From Anaerolineae bacterium (GTDB lineage Bacteria > Chloroflexota > Anaerolineae > B4-G1), in the NCBI GenBank assembly GCA_035531135.1, contig DATKTN010000322.1, forward strand, positions 458 through 64,457: a stretch of DNA of 64,000 nucleotides, given 5' to 3'. Every line of letters starts with the position of its first letter. The first letter of the stretch is position 1. The translations under genes were made by a program, and so were the position numbers. Positions 55,730-64,000 of this stretch are shown piece by piece. Under the pieces are notes generated by a model. The model ran no database searches. It had not been told where the DNA came from and saw nothing but the letters and a program-made list of their open reading frames with translations.

Positions 55730-56581
55730 CTAGGACTTGTTGACGATCCGATTCCGTGGTATTAACCGCGCCACCAGCGTCTTGTAAAAGTAGGTCCGCT
55801 CCTGCACCCGCGCAAAGCGAGCCGCGTGCGGGCTGGCCTCCACCGCTACCTCGTCCCCGCTCTCCAGCTCGGCCTGTACCTCACCATCCACCGTCAACAC
55901 CGCCGGCCGGCCGCCGGTGACAGAGATCCGCACGGTGACCCCTTCGGAAAGGACAATTGGCCGCGCCATGCTCAGGTGCGGCGCGACTGGCACCAGGAGG
56001 ATGTTGCGCAACTGCGGGGGAAGGACCGGCCCCCCGGCCGCGAGTGCGTAGGCGGTGCTGCCCGTCGGCGTGGCGACAATGAGGCCATCGGCGACGTACG
56101 TGGCCAGGTCCCCCCCGTCCACCTCGGTGTGCAGGTGCACCACGCAGGCCCGTGCTCCCCGACCCACCACGACGTCGTTCAGCGCCTCGGCCTGCCCCAG
56201 GACGTCGCCGCCTCGATAGGCCACTGCCCGAAGCATCATCCGCTCCTCGACCCAGTAGTCGCCGACCAACGCCCGTGACAGGACATCCCGCCACGTCGCT
56301 GGATCAGCCTCTGTGAGGAATCCCACCCGCCCCAGGTTGACCCCCAGGATCGGCGTGCCGTACGACGCTGCCGCCCGTGCCACCCGCAGAAGCGATCCAT
56401 CACCGCCCAGCGTCACCAGCAGGTCGATTTCGTGCCCACTGAGTGCATCCGGGGCATCACGCGTCGCGCAGACGTGCGCTTGCCGCCCCCGCTGCTCGAT
56501 CCACGCGGCCATTTCCGCAGCCAGGGAATACGCCTGCGCCACGCCAGCGTTGTAGAGGACACAGATCGTCTTCATATCCAC
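55730..56581 (-). CDS. nadK: NAD kinase
   Basis: The GGDGS/T motif appears as TLGGDGSLL, followed by the NxGxxGFL motif as VNLGRVGFL and the C-terminal DG...GSTAYS-like segment PTGSTAYALAAGGP. Confidence 0.85.
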   Translation of the reverse strand: MDMKTICVLYNAGVAQAYSLAAEMAAWIEQRGRQAHVCATRDAPDALSGHEIDLLVTLGGDGSLLRVARAAASYGTPILGVNLGRVGFLTEADPATWRDVLSRALVGDYWVEERMMLRAVAYRGGDVLGQAEALNDVVVGRGARACVVHLHTEVDGGDLATYVADGLIVATPTGSTAYALAAGGPVLPPQLRNILLVPVAPHLSMARPIVLSEGVTVRISVTGGRPAVLTVDGEVQAELESGDEVAVEASPHAARFARVQERTYFYKTLVARLIPRNRIVNKS

Positions 56582-57844
56582 CTATCCACGCCCGCTCAGC
56601 CAATCCACCAGCTCCGCCAGTTCCACGCTCACCTGCTCCCCTGCATCCATATCCCGCACCGTCGCCGCGCCGGTTGCCAGCTCGTCCTCGCCCAGGATGA
56701 CGGCATAGCGGACGCCGCGCTTGCCAGCCTCGCGGAGTTGGCTCTTCAACCCTCGCTCCCCGTACGACAGCCACGCGCCTACGTCCGCATGGCGCAGCGC
56801 ATGTACCAGCCGCAGCGCCTCCCGCTTGGCCCGCGATCCCAGGTGCGCCACAAAGACCCGGGGGGTCGGCAAGGAGGGCACCTCCACGTCCAACCCCTTC
56901 ATCACCAGGATGATGCGCTCCAGCCCCACAGCCACGCCCACACCAGGGGTTGGCGGACCGCCCAGCAGTTCGATCAGGCCATCGTACCGCCCTCCCCCGC
57001 AGACAGCCGCCTGCGCGCCAATCCCGGCTGCCCAGACCTCAAAGACCGTCTTGGTGTAGTAGTCGAGCCCACGCACCAGCCGGTGGTTGATGGCGTAACG
57101 CCGGCCCAGCAGGTCCAGGTACTCGCGCAACGTGTGCAAGTGCTCGGCACACTCGTGGCACAGATGATCGAGGAAGTGAGGAGCGCCCGCAATGACGGAC
57201 TGGCACCGGCCAGCCTTGCAGTCAAGCACACGCAGCGGGCTGCGCTCCAGCCGCCGCCGGCAGTCCTCGCAGATCTCGTCGAGATGTTCGGCGTAGTAGG
57301 ATTTGAGCACAGCCACGTAACCCGGCCGGCAGCGCGGGCAGCCGGTCGAGTTGAGTTGAAACTCCAGGTTGCGGAAGCCCAGCCCGGCGTAGAGGTCCCA
57401 CACCAACGCCATCACCTCCACGTCGGCGGCAGGGTCCTGGTCGCCCAATATCTCGACGTTGAACTGGGTGAACTGCCGATATCGGCCCGCCTGCGGCCGG
57501 TCGTAGCGGAAGGTGGGGCCAAAGGAGTAGAGTTTGACCGGCTGGAGGTGCACGTGGAGCCCGTTCTCGATGTAGGCACGCATCACGCCGGCGGTGAACT
57601 CGGGCCGCAGCGTCAGTTGCTTGCCCCCTTTGTCCGTGAACGTGTACATCTCCTTGTCCACCACGTCGGTCCCCGCACCGATGCCCCGGGCAAACAGTTG
57701 CGTCGCCTCAAACATGGGCACGTCGATGCGCTCAAAGCCAGCCAACTCCGCCAGGCGCCGCGCCCGGGCGCGCACGTGATCCCAGTAATGCTGGTCCTCA
57801 GGCAAGATATCCAGGGTTCCGGTCGGTCGTTGATAACGAGGCAT
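56582..57844 (-). CDS. hisS: Histidine--tRNA ligase
   Basis: The class II aaRS motifs are RYQRPTGTLDILP (N-terminus), FRYDRPQAGRYRQFTQ (motif 2) and GGGRYDGL (motif 3). The ATG at 57844 follows GGAAGGAG. Confidence 0.9.
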   Translation of the reverse strand: MPRYQRPTGTLDILPEDQHYWDHVRARARRLAELAGFERIDVPMFEATQLFARGIGAGTDVVDKEMYTFTDKGGKQLTLRPEFTAGVMRAYIENGLHVHLQPVKLYSFGPTFRYDRPQAGRYRQFTQFNVEILGDQDPAADVEVMALVWDLYAGLGFRNLEFQLNSTGCPRCRPGYVAVLKSYYAEHLDEICEDCRRRLERSPLRVLDCKAGRCQSVIAGAPHFLDHLCHECAEHLHTLREYLDLLGRRYAINHRLVRGLDYYTKTVFEVWAAGIGAQAAVCGGGRYDGLIELLGGPPTPGVGVAVGLERIILVMKGLDVEVPSLPTPRVFVAHLGSRAKREALRLVHALRHADVGAWLSYGERGLKSQLREAGKRGVRYAVILGEDELATGAATVRDMDAGEQVSVELAELVDWLSGRG

Positions 57845-57875
57845 AGAGTACTCCTTCCTGATCACGGTTGCACGG

Positions 57876-57905
57876 TATTATAGCCCAAGTCAGAGAACTT
57901 GTCAC
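57876..57905 (-). promoter_or_regulatory. Putative hisS promoter
   Basis: The minus strand reads GTGACA-17-TATAAT, with the -10 at plus 57876-57881, about 25 nt upstream of the RBS. Confidence 0.4.
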
Positions 57906-58087
57906 ATCTAGCCCATAGTCGATTCGAAGGGGGGGCACCGTGTGCGGTAGATACAGAGCGGATCTATCTGCGGGGCCGAGTACGGGGGGTACGTAGCACC
58001 TGGCGGCGATCCCTACGGATCGGGCTACGGCGATCGTGCCCATCTGCGGCGGCAGCGACACGGGGAAGGCCTGCGCTGGCGACGACA

Positions 58088-58112
58088 GAAAGCGACAGAC
58101 CAGTCTGTCGCT
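58088..58112 (-). terminator. Putative intrinsic terminator downstream of the LCP gene
   Basis: The minus strand reads GCGACAGAC-tg-GTCTGTCGC followed by TTTCTGTC. Confidence 0.5.
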
Positions 58113-58183
58113 TGAGACGTAGACGCCGCGTACGCCAGGCGGCGACCAGAGTCGCCTATGGACGAGACGGGCGAGCCCGGGCT

Positions 58184-59998
58184 CTAGGGTCCCGGGCAGG
58201 TCTGGTAATCAGCACCAACGATCAGGCGGAAGCCGAACCCGGAGGACCCGCCCGGCTGGTGGACCACCTGGCTATCCGCGATGTCGAACATCTGCTGCAG
58301 GTACCCGGCCCCGGTCCCCTTGATACGCTCACCAAAGATGATCAACTGCGTCTCGGCGTAATCCTGCCGGTCCGGCTCGCCGATGACCGCCGGGAACCCG
58401 GCCCGGAGCACCCGATCCGCCGCCAGCAGAGCCCAATCCTGGTTCGGTGTCCCGTTCCACACCTCGACCGGCATGTAGGTGCGGCCTAACCGGGCCTCGG
58501 GGATGGGAGCCATCGCCTCCGCTACAATGGGCTGAATATCCTCCCAGCGAGGCAGAAAGACAGCCCCGCCATAAGGTGTCGTCCAGGGGATCACCGTGTC
58601 CGCCCCGATGTTGTAGAAGCGGACGTTCTCATCCTCCAGCGCGAGTGCGATCCGTGCCAGATCGAGGATGTCGGCGAGCGTCAGGTCCATCTCCACCATG
58701 TCCTGCCCTTGCTTCCACAGGGCCGGCACCTGCGAGAGCATCCCCGCGTCCCGCCCCTTGTGCCAGAGAGCCTGCAGGACCTGCTGCTGGCGGCGTTCGC
58801 GCGAGAAGACGCTGGTCGTCTTCCGCGAGCGAGCATACCACAAGGCCGTCTCCCCGTCCATGTGTTGCACGCCTGGCTCCATCGTCAGGACGGGGTACTC
58901 TCCATTCTCGTCCGGATAGGGCCAGTAGTCACTGAGGCGACAGTGGACCGGGATGTCCACCCCGCCCATCGTGTCCACGATGCCGATCAGGCCGTCAAAG
59001 TTGGTGCGGACGTAGTGATCCACCCGGATGCCCAGGTTATAGAGCAGCGTGTCCCGCACCAGCGCCGGCCCGCCCCCCTCGTACCCCTGGGCCTCACCGT
59101 AGAAGTCGGCGCAGTTGATCCGGCTCATCCACAGGCTCGGCATGTAGAGATACAGGTCGCGAGGGACGGAGATGACCGAGACCGCACCCCGGTCGCGCTG
59201 AACGGAGACAACCTGGACGACGTCGGTGTGCCACTGCGACCAGTCCGGTCGCTGGTCGCTGCCCAGAACGACGATGTTGACGGCATCCGCAGCCACCGGG
59301 ACGGGTTGGACGGGGGCAGGTATGGGAAGCGTCGTCGAGGGCACGAACGCCTTCGGACCCGGGATGGGGAACGGTTCTGGCACCAGGAGCACGGCGGTGG
59401 AGGGAGTGGGCGACGGCGCAGGCGTCGGCGTATCGCCAGGAGTCGGCACTGGGGTCCAGGTAGGCAAGGGGGTGCCAGTCAAGCGAGGGGTGGGACTGGG
59501 CGTCGTCGAGGGGACAGGTAGATGTGTGACCGCCGGTGGAGAGGAATCAAGCGAGCCAGAGGCCAGAGCCGCCATCGCCGGAGGCTCCGCCAGCGGTGGC
59601 AGACCAATCGTCCACCCAACTACGGCCAGCAGGAGCAGAAATCCCAGCACAGGGAGCCCCACGACCGCTCGCTTTGCCCTCCGCCGACGTCGAGGATGCC
59701 CTGACACAGGAACAGTCGCACGGCTCTCAGCGGCTGTCCCCGGCGGGGAGGATGCCACCTGGTGCCATGCCCACTGCAGCGCCGCATAGGCCCGCGGGCT
59801 CTGCGGGTGAGCCTCCAACGCCTGGCTGATGTGCGTCAAACTGACGTGGGGGTCGTCGGCCAGATAACCAAGCCAGAGATACGCTGTCTCATTGACCGGA
59901 TCCTCGTCCAGCACGGCCTGAAAGGCAGCCCTAGCCTCTTTCCTTCGTCCGGCCCGTGCTGCCCTCATCCCTTTTCTCAGATTCTCTGTGACGGACAA
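58184..59998 (-). CDS. LytR-CpsA-Psr (LCP) family protein with an N-terminal TPR-like cytoplasmic region and a Pro/Thr-rich linker
   Basis: A TM helix (VVGLPVLGFLLLLAVVGWTIGL) is followed by a PTPSPTP linker and an LCP catalytic domain (NIVVLGSDQRPDW...SVPRDLYL...DTMGGVD). A C-terminal LytR_C-like domain follows. Confidence 0.7.
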   Translation of the reverse strand: MSVTENLRKGMRAARAGRRKEARAAFQAVLDEDPVNETAYLWLGYLADDPHVSLTHISQALEAHPQSPRAYAALQWAWHQVASSPPGTAAESRATVPVSGHPRRRRRAKRAVVGLPVLGFLLLLAVVGWTIGLPPLAEPPAMAALASGSLDSSPPAVTHLPVPSTTPSPTPRLTGTPLPTWTPVPTPGDTPTPAPSPTPSTAVLLVPEPFPIPGPKAFVPSTTLPIPAPVQPVPVAADAVNIVVLGSDQRPDWSQWHTDVVQVVSVQRDRGAVSVISVPRDLYLYMPSLWMSRINCADFYGEAQGYEGGGPALVRDTLLYNLGIRVDHYVRTNFDGLIGIVDTMGGVDIPVHCRLSDYWPYPDENGEYPVLTMEPGVQHMDGETALWYARSRKTTSVFSRERRQQQVLQALWHKGRDAGMLSQVPALWKQGQDMVEMDLTLADILDLARIALALEDENVRFYNIGADTVIPWTTPYGGAVFLPRWEDIQPIVAEAMAPIPEARLGRTYMPVEVWNGTPNQDWALLAADRVLRAGFPAVIGEPDRQDYAETQLIIFGERIKGTGAGYLQQMFDIADSQVVHQPGGSSGFGFRLIVGADYQTCPGP

Positions 59999-60272
59999 AT
60001 CTCCTCCCCTGAGTGAGTAGCACGGCGGCTACATAGATTCCTCAAGCGTTCCTGCCTCCCCACAGCACAGGCGCCTCGGGCCAGGAATGCCCAAAGAAGG
60101 CACTCAGGTTACCCCCCACGTGCTGGATTGACGCCTACTACCCAGCAGCGGTGTTCGCGGCTTTCATTGTACCGCGCTTTATGCGGGGCGGCGTTACAGC
60201 CGGGTTACAGGCTCGTTAAGAGGACCCTCGTCAGACCAGAGACCGACGCCATCGCAGGGCAGGCAGAAACGG

Positions 60273-60300
60273 TTGACGGTGTGGGCAGAACGGGTATAAT
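60273..60300 (+). promoter_or_regulatory. Putative efp promoter
   Basis: TTGACG (60273-60278), a 16-nt spacer, TATAAT (60295-60300), then the RBS GGAAGGAG and the ATG at 60337. Confidence 0.5.
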
Positions 60301-60336
60301 CTAGTATCGGCAACCTTAATTGGAAGGAGAACGACT

Positions 60337-60894
60337 ATGATTCATGTCAACGAGTTGCGCAAAGGCGTCACCTTCACGATGGACGGCGAACTGTACAAAG
60401 TGCTGGAATACCAGCATTACAAACCAGGTCGAGGCAAAGCGATCATCCGCACCACGCTGCGCAACCTGCGCACCGGGACGACCATCCAGCAAAACTTTAC
60501 CTCCGGTGACCGGGTAGAGGACATCCGCGTCGAGCGACGCGGCGTCCAGTACCTGTATACCGACGGCGACCTGTATCACTTTATGGACACCGAGACCTAC
60601 GAACAGACGGCCTTGGCTGCATCCATGCTGGGCGACCAGGTTCGATACCTCAAAGAGGGCATGGAACTGGTGCTGTCCAGCTATGAAGGGGAACCACTGG
60701 ACGTGGAACTGCCGACGACGGTCGAGATGGAGGTGGTTGGGGCAGAGATGGCGATCGCTGGCGACACGGCCACCGGCGCGATGAAGAAAGTGCGGCTGGA
60801 GACCGGGCTGGAGGTGCAGGTGCCGCTCTTCATCGAGCAGGGCGACGTGATCCGCGTCGACACCCGCACTGGCGAATACGTGACCCGGATGTAG
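60337..60894 (+). CDS. efp: Elongation factor P
   Basis: 185 aa. MIHVNELRKGVTFTMDGELYKVLEYQHYKPGRGKAIIRTTLRNLRTG is the canonical EF-P N-terminus, and includes the KPGKG-type loop. Confidence 0.95.
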   Translation: MIHVNELRKGVTFTMDGELYKVLEYQHYKPGRGKAIIRTTLRNLRTGTTIQQNFTSGDRVEDIRVERRGVQYLYTDGDLYHFMDTETYEQTALAASMLGDQVRYLKEGMELVLSSYEGEPLDVELPTTVEMEVVGAEMAIAGDTATGAMKKVRLETGLEVQVPLFIEQGDVIRVDTRTGEYVTRM

Positions 60895-60900
60895 CGCAGC

Positions 60901-63594
60901 ATGGCACAAAGACGCAGACGCACCACCATCGGGTACGCGATCGCCGTTGGAGCACTCCTGGCGCTGTTTGTCACCTTCAGCAGCCTGGTTGACATCTACA
61001 CCGAGTGGCTGTGGTTCGCCAGCCTGGGGCAACAGAGCACCTACCAGACCCGGCTGTGGAGCCAGGTTGGCCTGTGGCTGGCAGGGGCCCTGTTGGTAAT
61101 ACTCGTCCTGGTCGTCAACTGGTTCCTCATTCCACGCCGGCTGCTCGATCAACTGCAACTGCCCCTGCGCGGCCGCATGCGTCAGATCCTGACCGCTGGC
61201 TCACGTGTGCCGACCGCGATCCTGCGCGTGGTGGCGGCCCTCGTCGCGCTCGTGATGGCATCGGAGGCAAGTGCCCGCTGGATGGACTTTCTTACCTTCC
61301 GCCACGCTGTGCCCTTCGGCCTGCGCGACCCCATCTTTGGCCTCGACGCCAGTTTCTACGTCTTCAAACTGCCGCTCTACCGCTTTCTCGTGGGCTGGGT
61401 GCTGGTATTGGTCACGGCGACACTGATTGGGAACGGTCTCGTGTATCTTTTCACCCAGCAGATTCAGGGGCGAACGGCGACGACGCATCTTTCGGTGCTG
61501 GGTGCACTCCTGCTTTTTGGCAGCGCCGTAGACTATCAACTCCAGCGATTTGCACTGCTCAACTCGTCGCGGGGGGGGGTGTTCGGCGCCGGCTACACCG
61601 ACGTACACGCCCGTCTGCCCCTCTTGCACCTGCTCACCGGCGTGTTCGTGCTGGGGGCACTGCTGCTGACGGTCAATATCTTCACCCGCCGGTGGCGGTG
61701 GCTCCTGATCGTGGGAGGCGTCGGGCTGGCACTGGGCGTCCTCGGCTCGCTCTACCCGGGGTTCGTGCAGCGCTTCACGGTACAACCCAACGAACTGGCG
61801 CTGGAGCGGCCCTACATCGAACACAACATCCGCTTCACCCGCTTCGCATACGGCGTGGAGGACATACAAGAGTCCGACTACGCGGCCACAGGCCAGCTCA
61901 CCGCCCAGACGTTGGAGGCCAACGCCGACATCGTCGACAACGTGCGCCTGTGGGACTGGCGACCGCTGCGCACGACCTACGAGCAACTGCAGGAGATTCG
62001 CACCTATTACACCTTCGCGGACGTGGACGTAGACCGTTACACGCTCGACGGACGCCTGCGCGAGGTCACGCTGGCGGCGCGCGAACTTGACATCGAACAA
62101 CTGCGTGAGGACGCGCGCACCTGGATCAATCAGCACCTCATCTACACGCACGGGTACGGGCTGTGCCTGAGCCCCGTCGCCGAGGTCAGTGCGGAGGGCC
62201 TGCCGCACCTCCTGGTCCGCGACATCCCGCCGCAAAGCGCGGATCCTGCGCTCGCCATCACCCGGCCCGAGATCTACTTTGGCGAGACGACCACCAACTA
62301 TGTCATCGTCAACACGACGGAGGACGAATTTGACTACCCCAGCGGGGACCAGAACGTGTACACCCGCTACCAGGGCCCCGACGGTGTGGGATTGGGTGGC
62401 CTGCTCCGCCGCCTGGCATTCGCCCACCGTTTTGACAGTACCTCGATCCTCCTGTCGAACGCCATCGGCTCCGACAGTCGCATCCTGTTCCACCGCTCCC
62501 TCTCCGACCGCGTGGAGACGCTGGCCCCAATACTGTGGTTCGACGACGACCCATACCCGGCCATCGTCGACGGCCGCATCGTGTGGCTGTACGACGCCTA
62601 CACCTGGAGCAACCGCTTTCCCTACTCGGAACCAGGATGGAACTCGGAGCCTGTCTGGGGCCTCAACTATATCCGCAACAGCGTCAAGATCACGATCGAT
62701 GCCTACACCGGCAAGACGGTGTTCTACGCCGTCGACCCCGCTGACCCGCTGATCCGGACCTACCAGGCCATCTTTCCCGCCTTGTTCACCCCCGGGGAGG
62801 AGATGGATGAAACGCTGCGCGAGCACTGGCGCTACCCGGAGCAATTATTCCTCATCCAGGCCGACATCTACGCTGCCTATCACATGCAGGACCCTCGGGT
62901 CTTCTACAACCAGGAGGACCTATGGCAGACACCCACGGAGGTGCGGGACACCGAAGAGACCTGGATGACGCCGTACTATGTCATCATGCGGCTGCCTGGC
63001 GAGCAGGCGCCAGAGTTCATGATGATCCGCCCGTACGTGCCGGCTGGCAAGCAGAACATGATCGCCTGGCTGTACGCCGATTCCGACGGCCCCGACTATG
63101 GCCACGTGGGCGTCTACAAATTCTCCAAAGAGGCGCTCGTGTATGGGCCGATACAGGTCGAGGCCCGCATCGACCAGGACCCGTACATCTCGCAGCAATT
63201 GACGCTGTGGAATCAGCGCGGCTCCTCGGTCATCCGCGGCAACCTGATCGTGATCCCCATCGACGGCACGCTGCTGTACATCGAGCCGCTCTACCTGCAG
63301 GCTGAGTCTGGCCGCCTGCCCGAGCTCAAGCGCGTGTTGGTCTCGCACGGCAATCGCGTCGCGATGGCCGACGACCTGGCGACGGGGCTGGCGCAAGTGG
63401 TGAGCGAGGCACCGGCGACGCCCCCGGTCGAACCGCCGCCGACCGACGTGGCCGCGTTGTCACGCTCAGCGCAGGCCCATTACGAGGCGGCCCAGGAATG
63501 TCTACAGGGGGGAGACTGGGCCTGCTACGGTGCAGAACTGGAGGCGCTCGCCCACGACCTGGAGGCGCTGGTCGCGGCGACGGGGACACAGTGA
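60901..63594 (+). CDS. UPF0182-family large membrane protein
   Basis: 897 aa with about 7 N-terminal TM helices and a large extracytoplasmic domain. The motifs LWFASLGQ and WNQRGSSVIRGNLIVIPI are typical of UPF0182. Confidence 0.75.
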   Translation: MAQRRRRTTIGYAIAVGALLALFVTFSSLVDIYTEWLWFASLGQQSTYQTRLWSQVGLWLAGALLVILVLVVNWFLIPRRLLDQLQLPLRGRMRQILTAGSRVPTAILRVVAALVALVMASEASARWMDFLTFRHAVPFGLRDPIFGLDASFYVFKLPLYRFLVGWVLVLVTATLIGNGLVYLFTQQIQGRTATTHLSVLGALLLFGSAVDYQLQRFALLNSSRGGVFGAGYTDVHARLPLLHLLTGVFVLGALLLTVNIFTRRWRWLLIVGGVGLALGVLGSLYPGFVQRFTVQPNELALERPYIEHNIRFTRFAYGVEDIQESDYAATGQLTAQTLEANADIVDNVRLWDWRPLRTTYEQLQEIRTYYTFADVDVDRYTLDGRLREVTLAARELDIEQLREDARTWINQHLIYTHGYGLCLSPVAEVSAEGLPHLLVRDIPPQSADPALAITRPEIYFGETTTNYVIVNTTEDEFDYPSGDQNVYTRYQGPDGVGLGGLLRRLAFAHRFDSTSILLSNAIGSDSRILFHRSLSDRVETLAPILWFDDDPYPAIVDGRIVWLYDAYTWSNRFPYSEPGWNSEPVWGLNYIRNSVKITIDAYTGKTVFYAVDPADPLIRTYQAIFPALFTPGEEMDETLREHWRYPEQLFLIQADIYAAYHMQDPRVFYNQEDLWQTPTEVRDTEETWMTPYYVIMRLPGEQAPEFMMIRPYVPAGKQNMIAWLYADSDGPDYGHVGVYKFSKEALVYGPIQVEARIDQDPYISQQLTLWNQRGSSVIRGNLIVIPIDGTLLYIEPLYLQAESGRLPELKRVLVSHGNRVAMADDLATGLAQVVSEAPATPPVEPPPTDVAALSRSAQAHYEAAQECLQGGDWACYGAELEALAHDLEALVAATGTQ

Positions 63595-63598
63595 AATT

Positions 63599-63655
63599 CC
63601 AGGTTTCAGGTCTCAAATTAGACGAACCTGAAACCTGAGACCTGAAACCTGAAAC
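63599..63655. repeat. CCTGAAAC-type heptamer palindrome (hairpin) immediately after the UPF0182 stop; possible terminator
   Basis: The 14-bp perfect stem is AGGTTTCAGGTCTC (63601-63614) pairing with GAGACCTGAAACCT (63637-63650). Repeat slippage allows alternative registers. There is no T-tract. Confidence 0.7.
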
Positions 63656-63667
63656 AAGAGCTTCTGC

Positions 63668-64000
63668 ATGCGTACACCTGCCGGTACCGAATGCCCATAC
63701 TATTACGAGGACTTTTACCGCGGTCGCTCCACCCAGGAGTGCCGCCTCATCGGGCGCAACCCGCGCTCGGAGAGGTGGAAGCCCGCACTGTGCACCCGCT
63801 GCCCGGTGCCCTCCATCCTGCGCGTCAATGCCTGCCCGCACATGGTGCTGGAGGCGCGGATCGCCCGGCGCTGGCTGGGGCTCGGTCGCAGCGTCGAGGT
63901 CTACGCCGTGTGCAGCAAGTACCAGGTCGAGGTGGAGGACCCCTACGTCGGCTGCGGCCACTGCCACCCCCATGCAGCGACGATTTTGGAGGCAGACGTA
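63668..64000 (+). CDS. Hypothetical Cys-rich protein (partial; continues beyond the window)
   Basis: The ATG at 63668 encodes MRTPAGTECPYYYEDFYRGRSTQECRLIGRNPRSERWKPALCTRCPVPS...GCGHCHPH, with 8 or more Cys in 111 codons and no stop by the window end. Confidence 0.45.
   Translation, partial: MRTPAGTECPYYYEDFYRGRSTQECRLIGRNPRSERWKPALCTRCPVPSILRVNACPHMVLEARIARRWLGLGRSVEVYAVCSKYQVEVEDPYVGCGHCHPHAATILEADV

Noticed and set aside
56432-57883. 483-aa plus-strand ORF antisense to hisS, and the 547-aa minus-strand ORF antisense to the UPF0182 gene (61201-62844)
   Set aside because: Both oppose genes with strong family motifs, and both show the typical high-GC antisense composition.
57882-58183. T-box riboswitch upstream of hisS
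   Set aside because: The minus-strand leader has no AGGGUGGNACCGCG core or specifier-loop architecture. The hairpin present is better explained as the LCP-gene terminator.

Overview
The window is 64 kb of high-GC (about 65-68%) bacterial chromosome with long, linker-rich proteins. It is most consistent with a Chloroflexota-like thermophile, but that assignment is my inference from composition and gene content and is not verified. Nearly all genes lie on the minus strand. Positions 1-14040 hold a division/cell-wall (dcw) cluster in the order mraZ-rsmH-ftsL-ftsI-murF-mraY-(small ORF)-murD-ftsW-murG-(cvpA-like)-murC-murB-ddl. murE is absent from the cluster, and a 90-aa ORF between mraY and murD is translationally coupled to murD. 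Directly upstream of mraZ on the same strand sit a tungsten-type aldehyde:ferredoxin oxidoreductase (AOR), an iron-containing alcohol dehydrogenase and an SCP2-domain protein. Housekeeping genes follow: mfd, pth, an ECF sigma/anti-sigma pair, an XRE regulator, a secreted GH5-like glycosidase, an MFS transporter and an aldo-keto reductase. From about 33 to 50 kb there is an unbroken minus-strand run of 15 genes dominated by signalling proteins: a PATAN/DUF4388 protein, an MglA-like GTPase, two paralogous alpha/beta hydrolases, a V4R protein, a degenerate nucleotidyltransferase plus left-handed beta-helix protein, an acyl-ACP-reductase-like COG5322 dehydrogenase, a REC-GGDEF protein, a 1911-aa multi-GAF hybrid histidine kinase, CheY, ABC-2 permeases and small membrane proteins. 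The right end carries recN-sbcC without sbcD, nadK, hisS, an LCP-family protein, efp, a UPF0182 gene and a partial Cys-rich ORF. The most unusual sequence-level signal is a family of short tandem heptanucleotide repeats (CTTCCTG, CCTGAAA, GAGATTC, CGTATTA, TCCATTC, plus an 8-mer family). They occur in intergenic regions and also in-frame inside murB, murD and twice in recN. One recN copy is a hairpin-forming CCTGAAAC-type palindromic element that encodes a roughly 40-aa insertion. I found no rRNA, tRNA, CRISPR array or transposase. All homology-based calls rest on motif recognition by eye and need database confirmation.
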